Source: an uncultured Bacteroidales bacterium (GTDB lineage: Bacteria; Bacteroidota; Bacteroidia; Bacteroidales; UBA932). Taken from it: DNA of 64,000 nucleotides. Location: positions 24,922 through 88,921 of the forward strand of contig UQYV01000005.1 in assembly GCA_900545245.1 (NCBI GenBank), given 5' to 3'. The translations under genes were made by a program, and so were the position numbers. The notes beneath the pieces were generated by a model. That model made no database searches. It had not been told where the DNA came from and worked only from the letters and a program-made list of their open reading frames with translations. This document shows, one piece after another, positions 9,305 to 17,898 of the stretch; within the stretch, counting starts at the first letter, position 1, and every line of letters begins with the position of its first letter.

Positions 9305-11107
9305 TCAAGATAAGGCGGATTTGACTTTTGCGGCGAGCGCTTTGCCAACGAGGGCGGCGATGTCCTTCTCCGGAGCAGCGGCGATGCGGGCGACTGAGCC
9401 GAAATGCAGGAGGAGGCGCTGTTCGGTCTTTGGGCCGACTCCTGGGATTTTGCTGAGGGCTGACTCAATCTGGGCCTTGCTGCGGAGTTTGCGGTGGAAG
9501 GTGATGCCGAAGCGGTGGGCCTCGTCGCGAATCTGGCGTAGAACCTTGGAGGCCTGGGAATTCATATCGAGGAAAAGAGGGTAGGGGTCTCCTACGCGGA
9601 TTACCTCCTCCAGTCTTTTTGCGAGACCGATGACCGTCAGCCTGTCAGTGAGGCCAAGCTCGTACAGAGCCTCGTAGGCCGACGAGAGTTGCCCCTTGCC
9701 TCCGTCAATCACGATGAGTTGCGGAAGGTCGTCAGGGGACTCGGTGAGCATTCTCGAATAGCGCCGGTTAACGACTTCCTTCATTGACGCAAAGTCATTT
9801 GCCCCGACCACCGTCTTTATCTTGAAATGCCTATAGTCCTTCTTCGACGGAGCTGCGTCTCTGAACACCGTGCAGGAGGCCACAGGGTTCGTTCCCTGGA
9901 TGTTTGAGTTGTCGAAGCACTCGATGTGGCGCGGCAGCTCCTTCATCCCGAGAGCATCGCGCAGTTCCTCCATCACCTTCATCCTAAAGTTATCCGGGTC
10001 GGTGTGCTCCCTCTGCTTCATCTCGTTGAATCTCATTTCCTTGGCGTTCTTCGCGCTCAGCTCCAGCAGCGCCAGTTTATCGCCGCGCACGGGAATCTTA
10101 AACTCTACACCTTCAATCTCCACGTCCGGCAGAAACGGCACGATGACCTCGTGCGACAACCGTCCGAACTTTGATTCAATCTCTCCGATGAATGTCCCGA
10201 GCACCGTTTCCTGTCCTTCTTCGATGTTCATCTTGAATCCGAGGTTCAGCGATTGCACCACGGCTCCGTCCACCACCCTCATGAAGTTGCCGAAGGCCTC
10301 TCCGGGGTCCATCACGAGCGAGAACACGTCGTAGCTTCCCGGCATGGAACTAAGAATGAGCGACTTGCTGTAGTGTTTGTCGAGCGCCTGCATCTTCACC
10401 TTGTACTCCTGTGCTGCCTCGAAGTCCATCTTTTCTGCCGCCTCGGTCATCAGTTCGCGGTAGTGCGCAATCATTTCCCTTCCTCCGCCGCGGAGCAACT
10501 TCACGACTTCTTCGATGTTGTCGTTGTATTCTTTCTGTGAAATCCCTCCACAGCAGCACCCTCGGCACTTTCCTATGTGGAAATTGAGGCAGGGGCGTGT
10601 CTTTCCACGGAGAATTGACTCTGAGGTGATTTTATTATTGCAGGTGCGGATGGGGTAGATGTCGTGAAAGAGGTCCACAAGCGTCCTTGCGTGCATGGCG
10701 CTTGAATATGGCCCGAAATAGCGCGAACCGTCACGCACGAGCCGTCGCGTGAGAAAAACCTTCGGGAATACATCGTTGCTGACGCATATCCATGGATAGG
10801 TCTTCGAGTCCTTGAGGAGTATGTTGTACTTCGGTTTATATTGCTTTATGAGGTTGTTTTCAAGCAGCAGGGCGTCCGCTTCGGTCTCCACGACAGAATA
10901 CTGGGCATCGGCAATCTTCGAAACCATTATCGCCGTCTTGCGCGTCAGCCTTTCCGGCGGAACGAAATACTGGGCCACCCTCTTGTGCAGGTCCTTCGCC
11001 TTTCCAACATAGATGACGTTGCCATCCGAGTCATAGTAGCGGTAGACGCCCGGCTGGTGCGGGAATAACGCAATCTTCTCTCTGACAGTCAGTTTCTTTT
11101 CCGACAT
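9305..11107 (-). CDS. uvrC: Excinuclease ABC subunit C
   Basis: GIY-YIG N-terminus (PGVYRYYDSDGNVIYVGKAKDLHKRV), UvrBC-interaction region, RNase H-like/endonuclease domain and a C-terminal HhH. The start is taken at MSEKK (11107); the ORF-track start at 11173 is a TTG that would overlap pnuC. Confidence 0.9.
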   Translation of the reverse strand: MSEKKLTVREKIALFPHQPGVYRYYDSDGNVIYVGKAKDLHKRVAQYFVPPERLTRKTAIMVSKIADAQYSVVETEADALLLENNLIKQYKPKYNILLKDSKTYPWICVSNDVFPKVFLTRRLVRDGSRYFGPYSSAMHARTLVDLFHDIYPIRTCNNKITSESILRGKTRPCLNFHIGKCRGCCCGGISQKEYNDNIEEVVKLLRGGGREMIAHYRELMTEAAEKMDFEAAQEYKVKMQALDKHYSKSLILSSMPGSYDVFSLVMDPGEAFGNFMRVVDGAVVQSLNLGFKMNIEEGQETVLGTFIGEIESKFGRLSHEVIVPFLPDVEIEGVEFKIPVRGDKLALLELSAKNAKEMRFNEMKQREHTDPDNFRMKVMEELRDALGMKELPRHIECFDNSNIQGTNPVASCTVFRDAAPSKKDYRHFKIKTVVGANDFASMKEVVNRRYSRMLTESPDDLPQLIVIDGGKGQLSSAYEALYELGLTDRLTVIGLAKRLEEVIRVGDPYPLFLDMNSQASKVLRQIRDEAHRFGITFHRKLRSKAQIESALSKIPGVGPKTEQRLLLHFGSVARIAAAPEKDIAALVGKALAAKVKSALS

Positions 11108-11129
11108 ACACATATTTTGCAAAACATCC

Positions 11130-11831
11130 TTAAACCTTCGCCTCTCCCCGTTCAAGGCGTCTCCAGTTGACAAGCCCGTTCACCGAGTTCATCAGATAGA
11201 AGACATACATTATCAAGGTCGGCACGGAATGTTCAGTTCCCTCGGCCGCGAACACGGACCACATTATGACAGTGAAAACGTTGAATACAATCCACAGCCA
11301 CCACTGCTCCACAAAGGCGAAAGTCATCAGAGCCTGTGCCGCGATGCACAGAACCGTCGTGAACGAGTCAATCCACGGCTGTTCAGCTCCGAAATGCTTC
11401 AGCACAAATGCCAGCGCGACGGTCACGACAGCGATTCCAGCGGCAATCAGCGCCCTCATCTTCCAGGACAACCTCCTCGACTCTACGGCATTTCCCGCCT
11501 CAGTTCCCGTTCCGGCCCCTCTGCGACTCCATTGCCACCACCCTATGAACTGCATCGGAAAATAATAGAGCGCGTTCACTGCCGCATTTCCATAAGCCGT
11601 TGATTTCCAAGCTATATAGGCATAGAGTGAGACCTGCACAATCCCGAAGGCATAGTTCCAGATGCTTCCCTTTGCCGCGAGCACGACGCAGAGTATTCCT
11701 GCCACCGCTGCCGTGAATCCGAGGACATCGAAGCCTGACGATGCCGTGGCTATCGAATATATTACGTTACATGCGACAACTCCTGAAATCAGGAACCAAT
11801 CGAATGCTCCGAGTATATTTTTCTCTTTCAT
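11130..11831 (-). CDS. pnuC: Nicotinamide riboside transporter PnuC
   Basis: 233 aa multi-TM protein with PnuC-like W-rich motifs (FPMQFIGWWQW, EQWWLWIVFN). Confidence 0.8.
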   Translation of the reverse strand: MKEKNILGAFDWFLISGVVACNVIYSIATASSGFDVLGFTAAVAGILCVVLAAKGSIWNYAFGIVQVSLYAYIAWKSTAYGNAAVNALYYFPMQFIGWWQWSRRGAGTGTEAGNAVESRRLSWKMRALIAAGIAVVTVALAFVLKHFGAEQPWIDSFTTVLCIAAQALMTFAFVEQWWLWIVFNVFTVIMWSVFAAEGTEHSVPTLIMYVFYLMNSVNGLVNWRRLERGEAKV

Positions 11832-11934
11832 ATCTATTGTTTATGTCATACCGTTCGTGTAGGACGAACTCATTCCGCGCAAAGTTATATTATATCCCAC
11901 CATTCTGCAAATTTCCTTTTTTAATTTTTTTTCA

Positions 11935-11942
11935 TAACTTTG
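11935..11942 (+). promoter_or_regulatory. -7 promoter box TAACTTTG for acpP. The identical box on the opposite strand at 11880-11887 would serve the divergent pnuC.
   Basis: Both are TAnnTTTG matches in a 193-bp divergent intergenic region. Confidence 0.35.
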
Positions 11943-11954
11943 CCCCGATATTTC

Positions 11955-11994
11955 GATTAGAGTAATCGTAGGTGTTTTGATTAGAGTAATCGTA
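11955..11994. promoter_or_regulatory. Two tandem copies of the 16-bp imperfect palindrome GATTAGAGTAATCGTA, 24 bp apart; candidate operator at the predicted acpP transcription start
   Basis: Exact direct repeat at 11955-11970 and 11979-11994. Each copy has palindromic arms GATTA...TAATC. Confidence 0.35.
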
Positions 11995-12024
11995 AAAACA
12001 AATATAAACTAAAAAGATTCAATT

Positions 12025-12276
12025 ATGTCTACAATTGCAGAAGAAGTAAAGGCAATCATCGTTGACAAGCTCGGCGTTGAACCGTCAGAGGTTACCGATA
12101 GCGCAAACTTCACAAACGATCTCGGCGCAGATTCACTTGATAGCGTCGATCTTATCATGGCTCTTGAGCACAAGTTCGATCTTGAACCGGACGACGAAGC
12201 AGAAGGCAAGATTGTTACCGTTGCCGACGCAATCGCTTACGTTGAGAAGAAAGTCGCTGAAAAGCAGGCTAAATAA
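12025..12276 (+). CDS. acpP: Acyl carrier protein
   Basis: 83 aa with the DLGADSLD phosphopantetheine-attachment motif. Confidence 0.93.
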   Translation: MSTIAEEVKAIIVDKLGVEPSEVTDSANFTNDLGADSLDSVDLIMALEHKFDLEPDDEAEGKIVTVADAIAYVEKKVAEKQAK

Positions 12277-12295
12277 CAAACCTGAAAGTGAAAAA

Positions 12296-12328
12296 GGGTT
12301 GATTCCGCTTGGAGTCAACCCTTTTTTT
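12296..12328. terminator. Bidirectional rho-independent terminator: GGGTTGATTCC-gctt-GGAGTCAACCC followed by T7
   Basis: Seen in the sequence; it lies between the converging acpP and the 12327-12812 gene. Confidence 0.55.
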
Positions 12329-12812
12329 AGTCTTTCTTTTCCTCGGAGCTGCCGTTCGTTCCGTCTTCTCCGCCTGTTTCACCGCCATCACCTCCTGAAG
12401 GTTTCGGGCGGATTACATTGAGAGTCCTCTTGAACTCCTGGCTGCGGCCGAGGTCGTCCCGGGCCTCAAAGAGGATAAGGAAAATCGAAGTGTCCTTTTG
12501 TGTCTCGTGAGCGTGGTAGTCAAATCTTTGCTTGACTTCTTTTCCCGTAGTCTGACGCTCCTCAATAAGTTTGAGGCCAGTCTCGTCGCTCATTTCCGTC
12601 AAAGAGACCGAAACAATGTTGCCGTCACGGGATTTTGCCGTCACATCATAGAGCACGTGTCCTCCCGGCGCCACTTTGTCTCCGGTCGAGGACCTCGCAA
12701 AAATGATAACAGGAGACTCCTCCTCCCCCTTGCACGAGACAAAAGAGAAGACCGCCGCCAAAAGCAGCGGCAGTCCCGAAATCAGAAAGGATATGCTCCT
12801 AAAGCGGCGCAT
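12327..12812 (-). CDS. Hypothetical lipoprotein with a Gly/Glu/Asp-rich C-terminus
   Basis: 161 aa with a lipoprotein-type signal (LLLAAVFSFVSCKG); no recognisable domain. Confidence 0.55.
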   Translation of the reverse strand: MRRFRSISFLISGLPLLLAAVFSFVSCKGEEESPVIIFARSSTGDKVAPGGHVLYDVTAKSRDGNIVSVSLTEMSDETGLKLIEERQTTGKEVKQRFDYHAHETQKDTSIFLILFEARDDLGRSQEFKRTLNVIRPKPSGGDGGETGGEDGTNGSSEEKKD

Positions 12813-12813
12813 A

Positions 12814-13236
12814 CTATTTGAATTTATATGCTTTAACTTTTGCGGTCAAAACTCTCTCAGAGCCGAGGAACAGATTACGCTTAGTCATTTTCTGGTTCGT
12901 AATCATAAAATATTCGGCCTCAGGGAATTCCTGAAGAATCTTTGGTGTGGCCCGCCTAAGTTTGCGTGGGAGCACTGTGTTTCCTTTAATAGTCGCAGTC
13001 TCGTAAACTTTCCCATCATACGGCTCGCCGTTGATTTTGTCAATTCTTGAGAAGATTCCGAGGTAGGTGTCATACTCTACGCTGATTTCTGTCTCGCCAA
13101 GAAACACCAAGTCAGAAAGTTCAATGTTCATCTGGATCCTGTCCGGGGCATAAGCTCCGTGCTTGACGACGCTGCAAGATGCAAGGACCGTCACAGCCAG
13201 GGTGCAAAGCAGTAATTTAATCGTTTTCATAGGCAC
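12814..13236 (-). CDS. Hypothetical lipoprotein
   Basis: 140 aa with signal MKTIKLLLCTLAVTVLASCS. Its start codon shares a base with the stop of the 12327-12812 gene, which suggests translational coupling. Confidence 0.55.
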   Translation of the reverse strand: MPMKTIKLLLCTLAVTVLASCSVVKHGAYAPDRIQMNIELSDLVFLGETEISVEYDTYLGIFSRIDKINGEPYDGKVYETATIKGNTVLPRKLRRATPKILQEFPEAEYFMITNQKMTKRNLFLGSERVLTAKVKAYKFK

Positions 13237-13241
13237 AAGAA

Positions 13242-14009
13242 CTATTTGAAGTAGTATGACAATGTCAAACGAACCTGCTGTCCGAGGTTTCCTCTCTTAG
13301 CCTGAAGTTTCTCGAACTGGTTGGCAGGAGTTACAAGTGAACCGTTGATGTCGGATGTGTAGAAAACCTGAGTAGTTCCGGCTGATGTCACAGTGTTCTT
13401 ATATTTCAGACCGAGGTCGAACTGTGAGCTGAGTCCATACTCGACGCCGAGAGCCACAGGAAGGTTGGCAATAAAGAACTGGAGACCGATAAACGCACCT
13501 ATTCCGAGGGTGCATGCGTTCTTTGCCACGAGTGTCTCCATATCGGCAGTCTCATCAACTGCCCTCTGCTTTGCTCCTGACCATCCGATTGGGAGTTCTG
13601 CTCCCGCGTAGACGTCAACGATGTTGCTTTTGGCAAAATGCCAAGCCACACCAGGCAAAACGAGGAAATGTCCTGAAGACTGGCCTTCGCCGAGTTTCTT
13701 TTCTGTAGTCATAAGTTTACCCATCGCTTTCTGGCTGTACGCCTTTGCGTCAATGCTTGCCCTGACTTCGAGCTGGTCCAAAGCAAAGAACTTGAGGTTC
13801 ACGATTGGGAAAGGAACAAGGTCGCCATACTTGATGTCGTCCACGTAATTGTTAATCGGAAATCCGATGTAGAGTCCGAAGTCTCCGGCCTGAGCACGGT
13901 TACCGGTACGGATTTTCTTGGCTGACGGTTCACCTGTTGTCAACTGGGCGAATGAAGCCAGGGAGAAAGCGCACAAAAGCGCTGCGGTCAGAAAAACTTT
14001 CTTTTTCAT
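13242..14009 (-). CDS. Outer-membrane beta-barrel protein, porin-like
   Basis: Signal peptide MKKKVFLTAALLCAFSLASFAQ, an alternating amphipathic pattern, and a C-terminal LSYYFK. The start is taken at the internal MKKK. Confidence 0.6.
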   Translation of the reverse strand: MKKKVFLTAALLCAFSLASFAQLTTGEPSAKKIRTGNRAQAGDFGLYIGFPINNYVDDIKYGDLVPFPIVNLKFFALDQLEVRASIDAKAYSQKAMGKLMTTEKKLGEGQSSGHFLVLPGVAWHFAKSNIVDVYAGAELPIGWSGAKQRAVDETADMETLVAKNACTLGIGAFIGLQFFIANLPVALGVEYGLSSQFDLGLKYKNTVTSAGTTQVFYTSDINGSLVTPANQFEKLQAKRGNLGQQVRLTLSYYFK

Positions 14010-14049
14010 AAAGTTGGTTTTTAAAATTTGGTTTATAACATACATACTT

Positions 14050-15831
14050 CTATTCCGTTGGGAATGAATAGGTGATAGTCATCGTCGGTCTCTTCTCTGA
14101 TGCCTTCGGCCCATATAGCCGGCAGCTGTAGTAGCGGTCCTTGTCCAGTTCCGTGGTTTTGCTGGTGCTCGTCGTGCTCGACTGTGAGGCATAGGCCGCC
14201 ATCATCATGTAGTTGTAGTAATTGTTGTAGTAACTGTTGCCATATCCGCCGTAACCATATCCATATCCGCCATATCCGTAGCCGCCGTAACCATTGTAGA
14301 GGCTGTTGTAGTAGGAACTGTAGGCGAGGGCATTGAGATAGTCGTTGTAGGATGAGTTGTTCGAAGATGACGCTGCCTTGTTGGTCTCGGAATGCATGAT
14401 GAGCATCCAGATGTCATACTGGCTTTCCCTCTTGGCGAAATCCTTGTCACTCTCGCCGTCTTTTTTGGACAGGCGTAGAAGTTCCTGAATGTGGTGGCTG
14501 ACGTCCGGTTGATAGCAGGCGAGCGAGCGGTTGATGTCTCCCTGATTCTCGCTGGACACGCTGGCGTCGGTGAGTCCGGCGTATGAGACCACTTCTTGTT
14601 CTGTGTTCCCGTCCGCTCCGCTGACTGTCCGCTTGCCGACGAGTCTGCAGGTCGGGCTGAGCATCAGAGGATAGTGGTCTACTTCAGAATAGTCGGATGA
14701 AACCTTGTACGGAAGCCTTATGGTGGCTTTGTTGACGACTATCCTGCCGCCATTTATTATCTCGTCAACAATGTCCTTCTTTTCGGCATCGCTCTTTGTC
14801 TTGAACTCCTCACTGATGCTTTCGAAACGCTTGATCATTGATGTGCGGACGGCATTCTCCACGGAAACTTTCAGCCCCTTGGCACGCACAACGGGCTTAT
14901 AGCCGCATCCTCCCTCGATGTGCAGCTCGTCAGTTGATACGTGTTCCGAACCTTCCCGGCGGCAGATGTTGAACGCATACTGGGTCGGGAGCGAGGACGT
15001 GCCCTTTCCGATGAAGGAAGACGCTCCCGCCATGAACACGAAGGACGTGTCCACCGGCCCGCGTTCTTTGTCGAACACGGAACGTACCTTCAGCTCCACG
15101 TAGTTTCCGGTGAGGTAGCCGTAGTCGTTGGTGCTCACCGCAACTTTGAACATATTGATTCTTCCGCTTCCGGAGGCAGGTCTGTCGGCGACTATGCATA
15201 TTCCCGGAAGTTCCTTCTTCCAGTCGTCCATCGACCAGCTCTTGCGTCCTTTCAGCGCATCAACATATTTTTGCGCGAACTCTTTCTTGAAGTCGAAGGA
15301 AAGGGAGTCGCCTCCACTGTAAGTCGGTATACCTTTGGTGATCACTCCCTTGCTTTCGTCATACAGCCCCTCATTGCCCTTCCCGGCGTAGAGAATGTCG
15401 GAACCGAGCGGTTTCTGGAGCTCATAGACCCTGATGTTCTGGATGATGTGCTCCTGCGAGTCATCTCCGAACGAAAGCGTGTCCTTTGCCGCGGCGAAAT
15501 GGAATGCGTAGATTTCCTGCACATCGCCTATGTCGAGTTTTGCCGTGTCTGCAATGGGTATCAGCGGGAAGGCTGCAACACTCTCGTTCCGGACGCCGCC
15601 CTCTTCGGTCACACCGCCGACGCTGAGCCGTCTGGAACTGTAGCCTCCGAGATCTTCGGTCTTGGCCGACTCGATGGCGGTGATGTCAAGTGATGTGCTG
15701 ACTACCTGCCAGCTGTGCGATGTGGGGATGTAGTCCTGTCCGAGTGTGTCATCGGCATTTATGCACGAAAAACAGCAAAATGCCGCAACGGAGGCGACAC
15801 CTATCGAAAATATTCCTTTAAGAGACTTCAT
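14050..15831 (-). CDS. Large cell-surface lipoprotein, tentatively labelled DUF4270-like, with a C-terminal Gly/Tyr/Asn/Ser-rich low-complexity segment
   Basis: 593 aa with lipoprotein signal AAFCCFSC. It sits immediately downstream of the GT5 gene, as I recall for Bacteroidales. The GY tract is GYGGYGYGGYGYGYGGYG. Confidence 0.6.
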   Translation of the reverse strand: MKSLKGIFSIGVASVAAFCCFSCINADDTLGQDYIPTSHSWQVVSTSLDITAIESAKTEDLGGYSSRRLSVGGVTEEGGVRNESVAAFPLIPIADTAKLDIGDVQEIYAFHFAAAKDTLSFGDDSQEHIIQNIRVYELQKPLGSDILYAGKGNEGLYDESKGVITKGIPTYSGGDSLSFDFKKEFAQKYVDALKGRKSWSMDDWKKELPGICIVADRPASGSGRINMFKVAVSTNDYGYLTGNYVELKVRSVFDKERGPVDTSFVFMAGASSFIGKGTSSLPTQYAFNICRREGSEHVSTDELHIEGGCGYKPVVRAKGLKVSVENAVRTSMIKRFESISEEFKTKSDAEKKDIVDEIINGGRIVVNKATIRLPYKVSSDYSEVDHYPLMLSPTCRLVGKRTVSGADGNTEQEVVSYAGLTDASVSSENQGDINRSLACYQPDVSHHIQELLRLSKKDGESDKDFAKRESQYDIWMLIMHSETNKAASSSNNSSYNDYLNALAYSSYYNSLYNGYGGYGYGGYGYGYGGYGNSYYNNYYNYMMMAAYASQSSTTSTSKTTELDKDRYYSCRLYGPKASEKRPTMTITYSFPTE

Positions 15832-16649
15832 TACAAGCTGTCGTAAAAACGGTTATAGGCATCGATATACGAGCCGTTCTCCATTGCGGAGGCATCGAAC
15901 GGAAGCAGCGGGAGACCTTCGGAGGCACAAAAACCGGTCAGTTCGGCCGGAACATCCCCGTCACCGATGATGACACCGTCAGAGTAGCGGACGGCGAGTT
16001 TAGCAAGGTTTATGCCGCTTGGCTCCGCCAACAGTTCCGTGTCCGCGTCCGTGATGTTCCCGAATTTCACGAGTTCGCGGAATTCCGGAGCGAAAGGCAT
16101 GGTTGGCGTGTCTCCATAAAGCGAAGTGACAATCTTGCTTCCGGAGAATATCGGGTCGTCGATGTATGCTTTCTTCAGATAGATCGGGAGTATGTGGGAA
16201 ATCCATCCGTGGCAGTGGATGATGTCCGGGGCCCAGCGGAGCTTTTTCACGGTCTCAAGTACACCCCGGGCGAAGAAGATGGCCCTTTCGTCGTTGTCTG
16301 CGAAAAATTTTCCGCTTTCATCCGCGAAAGTTTGCTTGCGGTGGAAATAGTCCTCATTGTCAATGAAATAGACCTGCATCCTGGCGGCTGAGATAGAGGC
16401 TACCTTGATGACGAGAGGTCTGTCGACGTCGTTGATGATGATGTTCATCCCTGAGAGGCGAATCACCTCGTGGAGTTGGTTTTTCCTTTCGTTGATGCAT
16501 CCGTAGCGGGGCATGAACGAACGGATTTCCTTCCTGCGTTCCTGAATTCCCTGTGGAAGGTATCTTCCGATGTTTGCGATTTCGGACTCCGGCAGATATG
16601 GGAATATCTCCGAATTTACAAAAAGGACTCTCTTGGTGGAATCTCCCAT
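15831..16649 (-). CDS. Glycogen/starch synthase family protein, a short form carrying only the GT5 catalytic N-domain
   Basis: KRVLFVNSEIFPY...HCHGW resembles the N-terminal Rossmann domain of GT5 glycogen synthases. Its stop overlaps the start of the downstream lipoprotein gene by 1 nt. Confidence 0.55.
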   Translation of the reverse strand: MGDSTKRVLFVNSEIFPYLPESEIANIGRYLPQGIQERRKEIRSFMPRYGCINERKNQLHEVIRLSGMNIIINDVDRPLVIKVASISAARMQVYFIDNEDYFHRKQTFADESGKFFADNDERAIFFARGVLETVKKLRWAPDIIHCHGWISHILPIYLKKAYIDDPIFSGSKIVTSLYGDTPTMPFAPEFRELVKFGNITDADTELLAEPSGINLAKLAVRYSDGVIIGDGDVPAELTGFCASEGLPLLPFDASAMENGSYIDAYNRFYDSL

Positions 16650-16707
16650 AGCAAGTTTTATTTTAACAAATCTCCACAAAGATAATAATAAATTTTCATA
16701 AAATCAC

Positions 16708-16715
16708 TAACTTTG
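16708..16715 (+). promoter_or_regulatory. -7 promoter box TAACTTTG upstream of ftsX
   Basis: TAnnTTTG match about 50 bp upstream of the ftsX start. Confidence 0.3.
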
Positions 16716-16767
16716 GCGTCTGCATGTTGTGATAGCGGGGTTTAATGCTACTGTGTAATAATAAGTT

Positions 16768-17646
16768 ATGGATTTGGACAGCAATAGGATAATCAGAAAA
16801 CGATATGTCAGGGCGTTTCTTTCGTCCGTTGTGAGCATTTCTCTGGTGTTGCTGCTCGTGGGCATTGCCGCGTTCCTGCTCGTTTCCGAGAGAAGCGTTT
16901 CGGACTATCTTAAAGAGAATATGCAGGTCAGCGTGATGATGAAGCGCGACGTTGGGGAGTCGGCGGCCCTTCGCTACAAGAAAGTGATGGACACAGAGCC
17001 TTTCGTGCGCAGTTCGTCCTATGTGTCGAAGGAACAGGGCGCAAAAGAGATGGCACAGCTGCTCGGGGATGACTTCCTCGCTGTTTTCGAGACGGCCCCG
17101 ATTCCGGTTTCCATAAACCTTACGCTGAAGTCAGAGTATGTCTCCCCGGATTCTCTGGAAGTGGTGAAGGCGGTTCTGGAGAAGGCTCCTGAAGTGGAGG
17201 AGGTGGTCTATCAGCAGTCTCTCGTGGAGGCGCTGAACTCGAACCTTAGCAAGATTTCGCTGTTCCTGGCCGTATTTATCGCGCTGCTCCTATTCATCTC
17301 GTTCGTTCTCATCAATAACACCGTGCGACTGAGCGTCTATTCGAAGCGCTTTACGATTCACACGATGAAGATGGTCGGGGCGACGCGCCCGTTTATACGG
17401 AGGCCGTTCATGTACCAGTCGGCTTTTCAGGGCATCTTCGCCGCCTTGATTGCGACGATAATGATCATTATCGGACTGTTCTTGCTCAAGGGGCAGTTCG
17501 AACAGTTGTTTTCGGTGTTCACCCTCGGTATGTTATTGGCTGTCATCGGAATAGTTGTCGCAAGCGGGCTGGTTATATGCGTGGCGAGCACATATTTTAC
17601 GGTCAATAAGCTTGTCTCGCTGAATAAATCGGAATTGTATTATTAA
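16768..17646 (+). CDS. ftsX: Cell division protein FtsX-like permease
   Basis: 292 aa with one N-terminal TM helix, a periplasmic domain and three C-terminal TM helices; FtsX-like N-terminus. Confidence 0.8.
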   Translation: MDLDSNRIIRKRYVRAFLSSVVSISLVLLLVGIAAFLLVSERSVSDYLKENMQVSVMMKRDVGESAALRYKKVMDTEPFVRSSSYVSKEQGAKEMAQLLGDDFLAVFETAPIPVSINLTLKSEYVSPDSLEVVKAVLEKAPEVEEVVYQQSLVEALNSNLSKISLFLAVFIALLLFISFVLINNTVRLSVYSKRFTIHTMKMVGATRPFIRRPFMYQSAFQGIFAALIATIMIIIGLFLLKGQFEQLFSVFTLGMLLAVIGIVVASGLVICVASTYFTVNKLVSLNKSELYY

Positions 17647-17647
17647 G

Positions 17648-17896
17648 TTGAAAGATATGAACTTGAATGAATCGAAGAATATGGCGATGACGCCGAAGGG
17701 GCTGAGGCTTCTGCTCGCCGGACTGATTGTCATGGCGGCCGGGTATATTCTGATGTGCGGCGGAGCAAGTCACGACCCCAAGGTCTTCAGTTATGAGATT
17801 TTTGACTTTCAGAGGCTTGTCGCGGCTCCGCTTGTGATTATCACCGGAATTGTGGTGGAGATTGTCGCCGTTATGGGCGTCAGTAAAAAGAAATAA
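17648..17896 (+). CDS. Small membrane protein, DUF3098-like
   Basis: 82 aa with two TM helices. It sits between ftsX and uppP, as I recall for Bacteroidetes. Confidence 0.55.
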   Translation: MKDMNLNESKNMAMTPKGLRLLLAGLIVMAAGYILMCGGASHDPKVFSYEIFDFQRLVAAPLVIITGIVVEIVAVMGVSKKK

Positions 17897-17898
17897 GA

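Noticed and set aside
11107-11173. The 22-codon N-terminal extension of uvrC from the TTG at 11173
   Set aside because: It would overlap the pnuC 3' end by 44 bp. The MSEKK start aligns with canonical UvrC N-termini (MSDQF... in E. coli).
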